Assembly (NCBI GenBank): GCA_001643675.2
Contig: LSRY02000046.1
Span: 186,001-250,000, forward strand
DNA length: 64,000 bases
Source of the DNA: Monocercomonoides exilis PA203
Taxonomy: Eukaryota; Protista; Preaxostyla
Direction of reading: 5' to 3'
Shown: in pieces, positions 1 through 15,000 of the stretch
How positions within the stretch are numbered: the first letter of the stretch is position 1
Layout: every line of letters begins with the position of its first letter
Program-made: the position numbers and the translations under genes
The notes under the pieces: generated by a model
Seen by the model: the letters and a program-made list of their open reading frames with translations, nothing else
What the model was told of the DNA's origin: nothing
Databases searched by the model: none

Positions 1-3000
1 GCGAATGAGATGCACACACCGCCCCACTCACACAACTTCGATCTCCTGTCTGCTGGCATCAAGCAGGGACTTTCACAGACACTCGAGCAAGGTATTTGGC
101 TCAGCAGCCGCTCAGACAACGTGCTGGCTGTTGTGAGTGCAGACGCTCTGCCGCTGCAGCCGAAGACAGACGCAGAGCGGAGGCTGATCGAGTTTTCGCC
201 GGCTGCTCTGACACTTCTGACGGCAAAGGGACAGCCGCAGCATCAAAAGAGAGAGAGCAGAAAGTGCGTGCTGCGGGTGAATGTGCTGGAGTCACTACTT
301 TCACTTTCTGCTGAGCGTAGGTTGTGGAGCGTTTTAACGTTCGATGCAAAAGCGCTGCTTCCATTTATTGACAGCATAAGCACAGTTAGAAAACACACAG
401 TGCTTCTGAAAAGAGCCGTCGACACATTCATTCGATCAACTTCGCTTTTGAATTCTTGTTCGTCTCGTGCTTATACAGCATTTGCGATCGGACAACAGAA
501 CTTTGCAGGAACAAGAACAGAATATTCATCTCATAACAATACTAATTCAGTTATAACAACATCGTCATTATCAACTTCTTCAATTCCAATTCCATTTCAA
601 TCTTCAATTATGAATGTGACTCCTCCTTCTCAGCCATCTTCAAGCAGCGCTCAGCTGACACACACACTCACGCCCACCTCGATGCTTGCCATTCCTCTCA
701 ACGCCCTCCACATTGGAACAGGAAACGAGGCATTGCCTCCAAAAGCCCCAACAACCAGCTCCAGTTTGTTGTCCAGCAATTCAACCAATTCTGTCACTGC
801 CTCATCATCTTCCACACAAAATACACATGATGATATGAATGCAGGCAACTTCCAGCTTCCTCCGTCGAATGTTTCGTCTGCCTCAGACTTCTTCCAGTTT
901 GTACTTAAGACGCCAAGTGGAGTTCGAGGCACTTCTCAATCACCTTCCAGCTCTTTGCCAGTCGGAAGCGTTTTTGCGTCGTCTTTTTCAGAGAGACAGC
1001 AACAGACCTCTTCTCAATCGCCATCAAATTCATCTTCTCCTTCTCCTTCAATTTCTTATGAGGCCCAGCGTCATCGACTGCTATTGAAGCAGCCGCTTCT
1101 GCGCTGCCATCGACTGATAAACGAAGGAGTAAACACCGCTCGCTGGCGAGGCAGGCAAATGAACGATAGACTGCCTCACTTTGTGAGAGAGTTTGGCGAA
1201 GCGGTTCAGCGGCTGTCGCTTTGTGTTGAATGTGTGATTGAAGGAGAGAGAACTCTGGCTGACTGCGTAGAAGAATTGTGGAAGGCTCCGTTGTTGTTAG
1301 CAAAAGATGGTAACAAAATTGAAGAGGAAAGACACGAAAATGGATCGTGGAACAAAGAACACAGCTATCTTGCTGATTCAAACAAAGCCTCACCTTCAAA
1401 TAACAGACAAAGACAAAATGAAGTTTCCAAAAGAAAAGCCGAATTTAATGGAGCTCTTTTTGATACGACGCCGTTTATCATTCAACTACAGCGTGCTTCT
1501 CGTGTTGTGTCTTCTCTTCAGCAGACTGGTTTAGATACCAAAAGCATCAACACGTGGATTGAGCCCTGGCTGAATGAGATCAGCACGTCACTCTCTGCCA
1601 GGCTTTGCGAAGCACTGCAGCTGTGGCTTCTGTCTTTTTGCAGAAATTCAAAAAATCTCTGCAACTTTGGTGTGGATGTTGTGAAGCTGAGGGAAGAAAT
1701 CAAACCTCCCTTGATGCTGCTCCAGCAAATTGAGAAGATGGACATTGCGAACAGTTTATCATTGAATGGAAATGGAAATTCCTCATTGACAGCATCTTCA
1801 TCAGCACAACATTCATCAACCCAACCGTATTATTCAGACGATGCATCTGTGCCATCACATCTTCAGTTTCCTTCATTGGTTGTTTGTCTTACTTTGGATC
1901 CCTCGGCAAACAATGTGACTTCTTCTCCTTCAATCGGTGAGCTGAGATGCTCCTGCTTTGATCAGCTGCAATCAATCATCAACGAGTTTGTTGGGTTACC
2001 TCATCCTCTTTCTTTGGATGATGATTCATTTATTCACTCAACGCAGCAACAGCCTTCAATTACATTTCCTTCTCCTTCTGCACAGGCACAATCGTTTGAG
2101 ATGCTGTCAATGCTCCAAAAAACAGGATTCTCTTTCAACTCAATTTTGGAGTCGATCCCTAAGACTCTTTTGGCTGCCTGTGACAGCGTTGTTCTAACTG
2201 TCTGCGAACAGCTGAACGATTTGCTTCTCCAATGGCAGAATTTTGCTACTCTCTCATCGCCTGCTGTAGCTGTTGCAATACAAAATCACAACACGATCGA
2301 TATTAATTGGTGGATGCGCTTCTACTCGTCTGTTCAGTCAAAAGTGGATGACATACAAAAACAGACAAATAACAAAACAGTTATGAGAACACCAACTTCT
2401 TCATATTTGTTGTTTCCAACTAACATCGGATGCGTCAATGTGGATATTAGCACAGCACAATTCCAGATCATAAATGGACTGCGCTTGAACTTGCATCAAA
2501 TTGCAGTGAAGTTATCTTCACTCAGCAGCTCAACCAAAGTTCTCATTGCAAAACAACTGTCTGTTGCACTCGAATGCTCTGACAAATTGAAACGACTGTC
2601 TCTTTTGGTTGATGAGACAGAGACGAAAGATGGAGCGTTGACTTCTCCTCGTCCAATGAATCAGTCCTCAATGCAAACTTTCACCTCGAAGGCATCTCTG
2701 AAACTGAGTGCAACAGAGAAAGAAAGATTAGCACGATTGAAAGAATGCAGAAGAGAAAACACAAAGATGAGAGAGATTTGCACACAAGAAGAACAAAGAA
2801 TAAGCATTTTGGAGAAAGTGGCTGAATTAACAGGAGGAATGGACAAAGATATCCAAAATGAAGGCGATGGAATGTTTATTCCACACCAGCTGCAACAAGG
2901 GGAAAATGCACCGTTTACCGTTTCTTTGAGGCCTCGTTCAATAACATCTGTTTCAATCACTCCATCTTCATCAGGTGCATCTTCTCCATCGACTTCTTCA

Positions 3001-6000
3001 TATGCTTCACTTCCAGCAATCCCTCTTGGCAGTCCAATGAACGAAAAACCAAAGCCAGTTCTTCATCAGCAAGCAGAAGAAATTACTCTTCCATTTCTCA
3101 GGCAGAAACTGGATGAAGTTAAGAGAGATTGTGACAGATGTCAAGAATGGCTGCACACGAAATTGCAGTGGATGAAAGATGCAGACGCTGAAGAGAAGAA
3201 AGAAAAGGAAAGAGAATTGGATGATTTGAGCGAGAAGTGGCAGCAGATGTCTCTTGCTGTCTCTTCACTTATCATTCCACAGCAAGCTTTTTCTGTTCTG
3301 AAGCAGTTTGAAGAGAAGCTTTTAAAGGAAGAAAGAGAAATACGTCTTTTAAATGAGGATTTGAAATTACAAGATATCCCCATTGTGGATGTGGATGGAA
3401 TTGTGCTGATCCAAAGAGAACTTCAACCAATTCTAAGCGGATGGAACCAAATCAATGCACTTAACACAAGATTGAACGAGTTGAGACGGGTTTTGTTTGT
3501 TGACTGCAAAGGAAGAGATATGAGAACACATCTTGATCAGCTGCAGCTCGAAGCATCTTCGCTTTCAAGTAATACTCGAACATTTGCTGCATTTTCTGTG
3601 TTAGTGGAGCACATAAAGGTGCACATAGATGGTTGCATGATTCTCGAAGAGTTAAATGGATTGCAAATGAAGGAGAGACACTGGAACGAGCTGTCTGTTA
3701 GACAAGGAGATGAAAGAATTCGTTCTGATCGAATTAGAACATGCACTGTTGGAGATATATTCGATGTGTGCATTCTCTCTCCTTTGCTAGTCGAGGAAAT
3801 GAAAGATTTCTCAAAAGAGTTTATTCCAAAAGAGAATAAAGATGCATTGAATTTAACTGAAAATAAAGGGGTAAGAGTCAATGCAACATTTGGAGGTATG
3901 GACATTGAAGAAAGTGTAGATGAGAAATTAAGAGGGAAAGAGCAACCAATTGATTCAAAAAGAGAAAGATCCGAAGATAATGAGCAAACTCCATCTCTCA
4001 TTACAAAGGAGATCTTGATGAAGGCACAGGGTGAATATGCACTTGATCTTTTCCTGCAACAACTGAAAGATCGATGGAACACAATCCACTTTGATGTCAA
4101 AGAGTACAAACGGAAGATGATGCTTGTTCGTGGATGGGATGATTTGTTCACTCGATTGAGTGAAGACATTTCTCAAGTTGAAGGGATGAAGTGGTCACCT
4201 TATCGCGATGTGTTTGCATCTGATGCACTGCACTGGAGCGACAGACTGGCACATCTTCAAGAGACTCTTGACTTGTGGCGCTCTGTACAGCAGCAGTGGC
4301 TTGATTTGGAGGGAGTATTTGGTATTGGCGGAGTGGGTAGTTCAATTGCTATGGATGGTCTTGGAGGAGTTGGTGGAGGATATGCTGGATCAGCTTTATC
4401 AGCTTATGGTTCAGGAGGTGTTGGAGGTGCAGAAATGAGGATGCAATTGAGGATGCACAACGAGAAGTTCAGAGCAGCTGAGAAGGAATTTATTCAACTA
4501 AGCAACAGGATGCTAAAGAAAACAACACCTTTGGTTATTTCTGTGGAAGCGGACATTCATCTGCCACAAAAACTTGCTCGTTTGCTGTCAGAATTGGAGT
4601 TGGTGCAGAAAGGGCTGGCGCAGTTTTTGGAGTCACAGCGAAATACATTTGCTCGATTCTATTTTGTTGGGGATGAAGATTTGCTGGAAATGCTTGGAGC
4701 TGCAAGGGATGTCATGAAAACTCAAAGGCATCTCAGAAAATTGTTTGCGGGATTGTGCTTCCTGATTGTTGACAATGAAAAAGGAAAGAAGTTGCTTTTG
4801 CGCGCGGATCAAAAAGAAGGACTGAAAGAGAATAATAACATTAAAATGGATATTGAACCAGAAAAGAAGGAAACTCAGGAGAAAGATAAGATGCATTCGT
4901 CTCCAGAAAACACACCAACAGTCAATCAAAATTCAGAGAGTTCAGGATACAGTCATATTATTGGCTTTGCATCACGAGAAGGAGAAAGACTACCATTTAA
5001 CGCACCAATATCCCTTTCTTCTGTTTCATCTGTTCATGGCTGGCTAAAAATGGTTGATAATGAAATGAGAATTACACTTGCAAAACAGCTTGTATCAACT
5101 GTGGAAAGCTTTTCAAAAGTTGCAAGTTTGTTAGCTTCTCTTCCAGCAGCAGATTCATCGAACAGAAGTCAGGCTTTGATTGCAATGAAAGAATGGGCTG
5201 AAACTTTCCCTGATATGCTTCTTCTTCTTGCACTCCAGATTTACTGGACGCAATCTGTTGAGTCAAAATTATTCTCTGCAAATTCAACAATTGCCGCAAC
5301 ATCTGCTTCATCATCTGCCTTATCATCATCATCGACTGACCAACATCATTCTTCACGCATCGCACAGCAGATTTTCCAAAAAGTGGAATCAGAGCTCTCT
5401 TCATTCCTATCAGTCATTGTTGAGCTTGTTCAGCAATCAAGTATTTCCTATTTGCTTCTCACAAAACTAAAACACATTATAACAGAACTTGTTCATCTCA
5501 GAGACGATACTCGTCGTCTTCAATCAAGTAATGTATCTTCTCCAGTAGCATTTGAATGGCTTTGCACACTCCGCACATACTTTAACATAACAACGGCATC
5601 AACACAACCTTTATCGTCTCTTTCAGTAACGATAGCAGATGCTCCTCTTTATCATACATTTGAATATCAGGGAGTTGCAGAACGGCTTGTTCATACACCA
5701 TTAACATCTCTTTGCTATACTGTTCTTACACAGGCAATCAAACACAGACTTGGCGGGTCACCTTTCGGACCTGCTGGAACAGGAAAGACAGAGACAGTGA
5801 AAGCACTTGGTGCTCAGTTGGGAAGGCATGTGCTTGTGTTCAATTGCGATGAGCACTTCGACTTTGGAGCTGTTGGACGAATTCTTGTGGGGTTGTGCGA
5901 GTGCGGAGCATGGGGTTGCTTTGATGAGTTTAACAGACTAGAGGCCAGAATGCTCTCAGCTGTGTCTCAGCAAATTCAGTCTATCCAGATGGGCCTTCAG

Positions 6001-9000
6001 GCACAAGCACGTGATGTGGACTTGTTGGGAAGGAAAATCACATTGCATCCAAATGTTGGAGTATTTATCACAATGAACCCCGGATATGCAGGGCGTGCTG
6101 CACTTCCAGACAACTTGAAATCACTTTTCCGTTCTGTGGCGATGGCTGTGCCTGATAGAGAGCAAATTGCGAATGTAATGCTGTTTTCACAGGGCTTCCA
6201 TTATGCCGAGCAGCTTGCAAGAAAGATTGTGCCACTGTTTCGACTTCTGGACGAGCAGCTATCGAAACAGCCGCATTACGACTTCGGCCTCCGTGCACTT
6301 AAAAGCACACTCGTCAGTGCTGGAGCGCTTGTGAGAAAGATGGCAAAGGGAAAAGACTCAACTGGATTGAACGAATCAGACAAAACATATGAATTCGAGG
6401 AATCACTTCTTGTGAGATGCCTTGTTGATACTGTTGAACCTAAATTGCTTTCAAACGATGCTGTGCTCTTTCACACTCTTCTGCGAAGCATTTTCACAAC
6501 CGTTCAAGCAACTGCTCAGACATCAGAAGATCAAGTGGCAAATGTCACTGCTCATTCTCCTTCTCCAATCCCGTTCCCTTCTCCATCACCAACGGTTTCA
6601 CCATTTTCTGGAGCATTTCCATCTTCCTCTCATCAGCCCGTTCGTATCATTTCTCATTCGACAGATGCTCTTCTCACAGAAACTGCTGAGCGTATTTGCG
6701 CAAATCATTTCCTCCAGCCATTCCCCGATTTCATAACAAAGCTGCATCATATTCACCACATCCAAGCTATCCACCACGGAATGATGCTTGTGGGAGGTGC
6801 AGGCTGCGGAAAAACTGCAACTTGGCGTGTTCTCCTCGAAACAATGGAAGCGATGGATGGAATTCCAACATTTTCTCATGTTATCGATCCCAAAGCAATG
6901 TCCAAAGAAGCATTGTATGGAGTGATGGATTCATCATCACACGAATGGAGAGACGGAGTGTTTACGAAGTTACTTCGTGACATCATCGATGAATCAAATA
7001 AACAAAAAGAGCCAAAACAATCTGATGCAACTTCTCATTCAAATAAGCCAAAGGATAATGCACAAAAGGAAGAGAAACAGAACAAAACGTCACAAAAATC
7101 AAAATCCATAGCTCAAAGACACTGGATTGTGTTTGATGGTGATGTTGATCCTGAATGGGTAGAAAACATGAACTCACTGCTCGATGATAACAAGTTGTTA
7201 ACTCTTCCAAACGGAGAAAGGCTTCCACTTCCATCAACAACACGCATTGTGTTTGAGGTGGACAACCTTCGCACAGCCACACCTGCAACTGTATCTCGTT
7301 GTGGAATTGTCTGGTTCAACGATTCACGCGTAACAGCAGAGCACAGAATCCATCAGTTTTTGTCTTCATTGTCATCTATGCCTGCTGAACGGTTAAAAGA
7401 GCAGTTGCATTGCGCTTTCCCGCCAAAAGTGGACGTCTCGTCTTTCCATTCTCTCGGGGCCATCAAAGCTGCTGGAGCATTTCAGACTTCTTCAATCGAA
7501 ACTTCAATTTCTATGATGCTTACCCCACTTGAACAGACGTTTGTCCTTCAACGTCAATGCGTGGATGTGATTGCACCATTGTGCTCAGGTGCTGATTCCA
7601 TTCTTATCTCTTCGTTAATGTATGTGTTTAACTGCGGAGATAAGAAGGTTATGCAATGTGATTCACAGCAATTACTCACATCTGTGTTTTCATTGGTGAT
7701 TGACGGAATGCTTTCTCTATTTGAATGGAATGAAGAGCATCCAGATTCTCCATGTGTAGACGAGAGACTGAATAGATTCATGACCCATTATTTCGCTTAT
7801 GCAGTGCTGTGGGGTATGGGAAGTGTCTTACCACACGCACAACGTGTTGAACTCGCTCAAATTTTGACACAACAGCTGAAGATAGTGTTGCCTCCAGTTG
7901 AAGACATGGATGCATCGTTATCTCCGCTATCGCCTTCTGATGGAAATAGAATGATGCTTGAAAGTGGTTCGTTGATTCCTTCTCAAAAGTTTATTTCAGA
8001 TACAGGAGCATTTGAAACAAATGGATCATCATTACCAGATTCTTCTCATCCACCATTGACATTTCTTGACTTTGAAGTTACGCTTCCATTTGGAGACTTG
8101 TCTGTCTGGTCGCATCAGCTTCCATTTTCCTTGCTTCCTCCGTCAGCTGTTGGTGCTTCTGATGTGATTGTACCAACTGTTGATACTCTGCGTCATGAGC
8201 AGATCATAAATCATTGCCTGCACATTGGCCATCCGTTTCTTTTATGCGGTCCACCTGGATCTGGAAAAACAATGCTGCTTTATGACTCACTCAGGAGTCA
8301 CAGTAACTTCGACATTGCAACTTTATCCTTCAGCTCAGCCACGACAGCCGAGACACTCATCAAAATGCTGCTTTCTCATTGCACAGTGCAACATACACCC
8401 GATTACGATATTGCCAGGCCACGCGATTTGAATGGCACAGGCAGTTCTTCTTCAGGATCGATTATTTCGTCATCTGCCTCGGCTTCATCTGCGAACTTGT
8501 CATCTTCCTCTGCTTCTTCTGCCTCTTCGTATAATTCACGAAAACTTGTTGTGTTCTGCGATGAATTGAATCTTCCACAGCCAGACAAATATGGAACACA
8601 ACGGGTGATCTCTTTGCTTCGGCAAATGATTGAATGCAGAGGATTTTGGCATCCTATCACCCAGCGCTGGGTGAAACTAGAAGGAATTTTGTTTGCCGCT
8701 GCATGCAATCCACCAACTGACGCTGGGCGGGCTGATCTTTCACAGCGTTTCTTGCGCCATTCAACCGTCATACTCATCGACTTCCCGTCTCCTGTTTCGC
8801 TCAATCAGATATATGGCACATTCATTCGATCTCTATTTGAGCCATTCGGTGAATTACATCAATTCATTGAACCAACAACCGCAGCAGTACTCGAGGTCTA
8901 TCACTCTGTCCACTCTCACTTTACACCTGATCAGCAACCTCATTACATATTTTCTCCTCGAGACCTCACACGGTTTGTTAGAGCTTTGAAGGAACTTCTC

Positions 9001-12000
9001 TTTTCGCCTGTTTTCCAGCAATCAACTCATTCATCATCCGCATTATCACAAACTCAACAATCCCCTCAGTTTATGGAAGGAACAATATTACCATTTTGCG
9101 CATCTCAGTTGCTTCGCCTCTTTCAGGATCGACTTGTTTCTACGGAGGAGCGCCTCTTGGTAGACAAGCTTGTTGATGATGCATTCGAAAAGCACTTTTC
9201 TAACAGCTTTTCATTTCCTGTTTCGTCATATTTGGTTCGGCCTCTTCTCTTTTCAACATTCGATGCTCCAGTCCCCACACGCTGCGATCGCGAGCAGCTG
9301 CGGACACGAATAGCTGCACAGCTGAAGAGATTTTCTGATGAGGAGTTGGATGTGGAGCTTGTTCTGTTTGATGCTGTGTTGGATCACATCCTCCGCATTG
9401 ATACTGTCCTCCAGCAGCCAATGGGCCATCTTCTTCTGGTGGGCGCATCAGGTGCTGGGAAAACCGTGCTGTCTCGTTTTGTTGCATGGAGTCGCAGGAT
9501 GCGTTTGTGCACGATTCATCTCTCGCAGCGCTACACAATTGAATCATTCGATGACGATGTGCGTGCTGCGATGATTGCAGCTGGTGTGCGAGGAGAAAGT
9601 GTGTGCTTCTTGCTGAGCGAGGCGAATGTGCTGGACACGTCCTATTTGGAGAGAATAAACTCTCTGCTAGCATCAGGAGAGGTGCCTGACTTGTTCAATG
9701 GTGAGAAATACAACATGCTCATATCACAGGCAAGAGAAGCAGCAGCCGCGGAGCTTTCCTCTCATTCTGCTGCAAACAAAGGATATTATACAAGCAATTC
9801 AAATTCGTCTTCTGGATCATCAACTTCATCATCCACTTCTGTGTCAGCAACTCATTCAACTACATCGATGGCAGCTGGATCTGCTGGAGCGAGCGACAGT
9901 GAAGTGTATGCCTGGTTCATCCGAAGAGTGCAGCAGAATCTTCATGTTGTGCTAACAATGAATCCATCCTCTGCTGAATACAAGGAAAGAACAACAACTT
10001 CACCTGCTCTGTTTAATCGGTGCGTGATTGACTGGTTTGGAGATTGGGATGATGCTTCGTTGACTCAAGTGGCCACATCGCTGACGGATTCTGTGTGTAT
10101 TGCCTCTTCTTCTTATGCTTCCTCTTCTGCTTCTTCATCGTTGCCAGCTTCATCTTCGTTATCTTCTTCTATCATTCCATCTTTACTTGTGAAAATGCAC
10201 AAAATTGTATCAGCAGAAAACGAGTTGCTTCTTCGACGAGGAGTGATGCAGAACTATGCAACGCCTCGTCATTTTATCGATCTTATTGCGCAGTTCGTCC
10301 AACTTGTGCGCGAAAAGCGGAAGAAAAACGATGAAAGACAGAAACATTTGACAGACGGCTTGAAGAAGCTAGAAGAAACTCAACAGTCAGTGATGGAGAT
10401 GGAAGAAGGATTGAAGATAACCAGTGTGAAATTAGCTCAAAGCGAGCAAGAGATGGAGAAAGTGACGGGACAGCTGGTGAAAGAGAAGACAGCCATCATG
10501 TCAAAAGCAGAGGAGATTAGCGAGCTGAAGAAAAGACTTGAAGTGCAGATGATAGAAATAGATAGAGAAAGCAAGACTGCCCAGGAAGATTTGGCAACAG
10601 TAGAACCGCTTGTGGCAGAAGCGAAAAGCTCCGTGCGGAATATCAAGAAGGAGTATATGGATGAGCTGAAACGGATGCTTCATCCACCGGTGGCTGTGCA
10701 GCAGACGATGGAATGCACATTCATTCTTGTGGAAGGAGTGAGACACACCTGGGAGGAGATCAGAAAGAAGCTTCCATCAACAAACTTCGCATCAATCACA
10801 ACGAACTTCAACACAGAATTATTAGCACAAGACGCGAATGTGAAGCGGATAGATTTGATTAAGCGAAATTACACTTCGCTTCTTGAACAGAGCAACGAGG
10901 AAATTGAAAGGGCATCAAAAGCATGCGGTCCTCTGATGCTGTGGGTGCATTCGCAGATACAATATGTTGAAGTGCTCAGAAAGATAGGGCCAATGAGAGA
11001 GAATGTTGCGCGTCTGCAACAAGAAGAGATTATTCAGAAGAAGAAAATGGAGGAAGCTGAGATTGATCTTGCACGTCTGAAGGAGTCAGAAACAAAAACA
11101 GTTAAACTGCTGAATGCCAAGACGATTGAGGCTGAACACATCAGACAGGAAAAGAAGAGTGTCGAAGATAGAGTGATGCGATGCAACAAGCTTCTTCAGT
11201 CACTCGGTGATGAGCAGCACAGATGGAGTCAAGAGGCAGAAGAGATGGAGCAGCTCAGCCAGACGCTTTTGGGCGATTGTGTGTTATCAGCTGGCTTTGT
11301 TGCCTATCTTGGCTTCTTTGACGATGGAAACAGAAGACACGTTCTAAGCAAGTGGACAGCACTGTGCCAGTCTTCAGGCATTGAAGTGTCTGAGTCATTT
11401 TCAGTCAGTGACATGTTATGCAGCGAAGAGGAGAAAAGTGAATGGGAGCTGGTTGGTCTACCATCAGACCAGCTGTCTGTTGAGAACGCGACAGTTCTGA
11501 GTCATTTCAAGCGCTATCCACTTGTTGTGGATCCATCTGGCCAGGCCGTTGACTTCATCGTAACAACACACCGTGACAATCGGCCAATTGTGACGTCTTT
11601 CCACAACAGCAACTGGATCAAAGAACTCGAATCTGCGCTTCGCTTTGGCCGCACCATTCTAATTACCGATGCAGAGCGAGTTGATCCCATTCTTCACCCG
11701 CTACTGAACAAGGAATTTAAACGAATAAACAGCAGAGTAATTGTTGAACTGGGAACGACAGAAATAGATGTATCACCACAGTTCAAGCTTTTCCTTGCCA
11801 CAGCTGTTCCTGCAGGCTCTCTCCATCTCTCGCCCGATCTATCTTCACGAGTCACGATGGTGAACTTTACTGTCACCCCATCTTCGCTTGCTGCGCGTTG
11901 CGTTTCGCAAATCATTGCCTTCGAGCGACCAGAGGTTGGCAGTGCCAGGAGCGAGATCAGCAGAGCCAGAGGAGAAGGCACACGAAGACTGGATGAAGTG

Positions 12001-15000
12001 GAGAGAAGACTACTGGATGAGCTGTCTGGTTCAAAGAAATCGATCATTGAGGACGCAGCTGTGCTGAGCACATTGGAGTCTCTGAAAGAAGATGCTGCAC
12101 AAATCAAAGCAAAAGTTGCACAGCAGGATATTCTGATGGAAGAGCTGGGGAAAGTGCAGGCGCTGTATACGCCTGTATCACATTCCATTGCACGCATTTA
12201 TTTCTTCATGGAACATCTTGGATCAGTAAATCCACTGTACTGCTTTTCTCTGCGCCACTACTTCCGAATTCTGGATTTGGTGCTTAATTCGCTTGGTGAG
12301 TCACGCCAAGCACAGCAGAAGCCACAAACACCAAAACAATCATCTCCATCTGCCAATGAAAAACAGAGCTTTTCTGATACATTTAGCCAGTTTTCACTGT
12401 CCACAACTTCTGAAATGCAGGATGAAATAGTTCAGAGACTGGTGATAATCACAAAGCGGTTCTTCAACGAGTCTCACAGGCAGATTGCACGATCACTGAT
12501 GGAATCGCACAGAATTGTGCTGAGCGTTGCAATGGCATTTATTCACCTTCAATTGGAAAAGGAAATAATGCAATTGCCTGAAGTGAAAGAGATATACCGA
12601 TCGAAAGGTGGATTCTGCTTGAATGAAAATGAGGTTGATATGATGCTCGATGAGTGGAAGTGGCTTGGAATGGATTTATCAGCAATTTCAATCTCAAACA
12701 ATGTTGATGAAGAGTCAGAATTTGACTTGGAAAAGAAAAGAGATGGAATTAAAATGGATGTGGAAGAAGAGAAAACAAATAAGAATGCTTCAGAGGCAGA
12801 TGGAAAGATGGACATTGAAGAGCCAACGTCAACACAACAAACGCAATTTAGATCGCTTAATTCTGTTTCATCTGCAAACACATCAAATTATGTGCTTTCA
12901 TTGCAACAGCAGAATATGATTGAGCAGCACAAACATCTTCTGCCTCTAAACATTCAATCTCTTTTGACATCTCTTCAGAAATACAATTCAAACATAACAT
13001 CTTCAATGAGAAATGCACAAAATAGCACTTTTGATGCTGCTGAAAAGCAAAAAGCGGGTCGGTGGATGGAATGGCTGATGCTTCCACAGCCAGAAATGAC
13101 ATCTTCTCCTCCTCTCACTGACTCTGATGAAGAGATGCTTCGCAATGAATTGTCGACTTTATCATCATCTTCTTTAAAGTCAAAATCAAAACCTTCAGTT
13201 AAGCAAGTCTCACAACTTCTCATTCTTCGCTCTGCAATAATCATCCGCCTTTTGCGCCCTGATCGTTTTATCTCTGCACTTCATCGTCTTGTTTCAGCGA
13301 TCTTTAGCGACCAGCCACGAATTGTGGACGATGGAGATACCGAAGATATCAGCAGAGTGGCTGAAATAGAAGCAGACAGTGCGACACCTCTGCTTGTTCT
13401 GTCGCCAGCTGGGCACGACTCATCAGCCCAAATAGAAAGAGCAGCTAAGCAGAGTGGAGTGAGCGTCACTTCAGTCGCGATGGGGTCGCTGGAGTGCACA
13501 GACATGGCGAAAAGCACGCTTCTTGCAGCAGCCTCGCAAGCAGCTGCTAGAAGAGGCCTTTGGATTGTCCTGAAAAACGTTCATTTGGCACCTGATTGGC
13601 TGGGAAACGAGTTTCCATCAGTTTTGAGACAGTTCAACGAGAAAGTGAAGAGCCAGAATTTGCAGCAGTTGGACAGCGGAAAGAAAGCAGGAGAGAGAAA
13701 ACCGAATTTGTTGATGAATTCATCATTATCAACACCATCATCAAGCGATTCATCTACATCTAGCTTATATGAAATCACATCATCAATGCTGTCAATTTCT
13801 TCGAATCATCCTCTCTCATCGCCTCCGTTGCGTATCATTCTCACAGCAGATTTGTCTTCCTCTTTGTCTTCCACCTTCCTTCGCTCTTCTCTTCGTATCG
13901 TTCTTCAGCCCACACCGGGTTTGAGAGGAGCAATTCTTCATGCTTTGCACCAGACAACACCTGAGCGTGTCAACAAAGCGCCAAAAGAAAGAGGAAGACT
14001 GCATCTTTTGGTGGCGTGGCTGCACGGCGTGGTTACAGAAAGGCTGCATTATGTGCCACACGGCTGGACTCAGCGCTACGAATACAGCGGAGGTGACTTG
14101 CAGGCTGCCTACGATGCAGCAGACACGTGGCTGGATCTGTGTGCGTCTCGCGATCCATCATACGTTGCGAATGTGTTCAATGTGAAGAGGAGCGGAGATA
14201 AAGAGCAGAAAAGTTTTGCGGTGGATAAGACTCGTCCAAATGGAGTGCAGGAAATGCTGGGCTCTGGAAGAGGCATTGTAAAGGCTGGAGGAAAAATCAT
14301 TTTAACTTCATCTGCAGGCGCTTCAGGCTCTTCGATTTCTTCGATAGCATCGTTAGTCTCCTCTTCATCTCCATCAACCTATTCATCTTCATCTGCTCAA
14401 ATGAGAGTGAATGTGACACCAGAGGAAATGCCATTTGCAGCACTGCGCTATGTGCTCTCTACTGCTGTCTATGGTGGCAAAATAGACAGCGAATACGACC
14501 ACCGCTCGATTGCTGAGCTGATCAACAGATTGTTCGTACCATCCAGCTTTGATGATGTGAAAGTTCTGATCCCAGAAGAAGATACTGTTTTGCCAACTCT
14601 TTCATCTTCTCGGGCCTCTTCTGCTTCTGCTTCTGCTTCATCATCATCTTCTTCTTCTCTTTCATTGCTTCCTCCATTAAAACCTGGCTGCAACTATTCT
14701 CAGATCATTCAATGGTGCGAATTGCTGCCTGAGAATGCACCACCCAGCTGGATTGGACTTCCGCCAGACGCAGCTGAAGATCTGCTGAGTGCAAATGGAG
14801 CAAAAGCAGCTGTTGAACTTCGTCGGGCAATGACCGCGATGTCAGAGCAGGATACATTACTGTTTAGAGATGAGCAATATGCCACTGGAAGAAGCACATC
14901 GCAATCTCTTTCGTTCAATTCAAAAGCATCTCTGAGAAGAAAACAATCTGGTTCTATGGATGTGGAAAGTGAATATCCACAACAGCAACAAAACGCGTTA

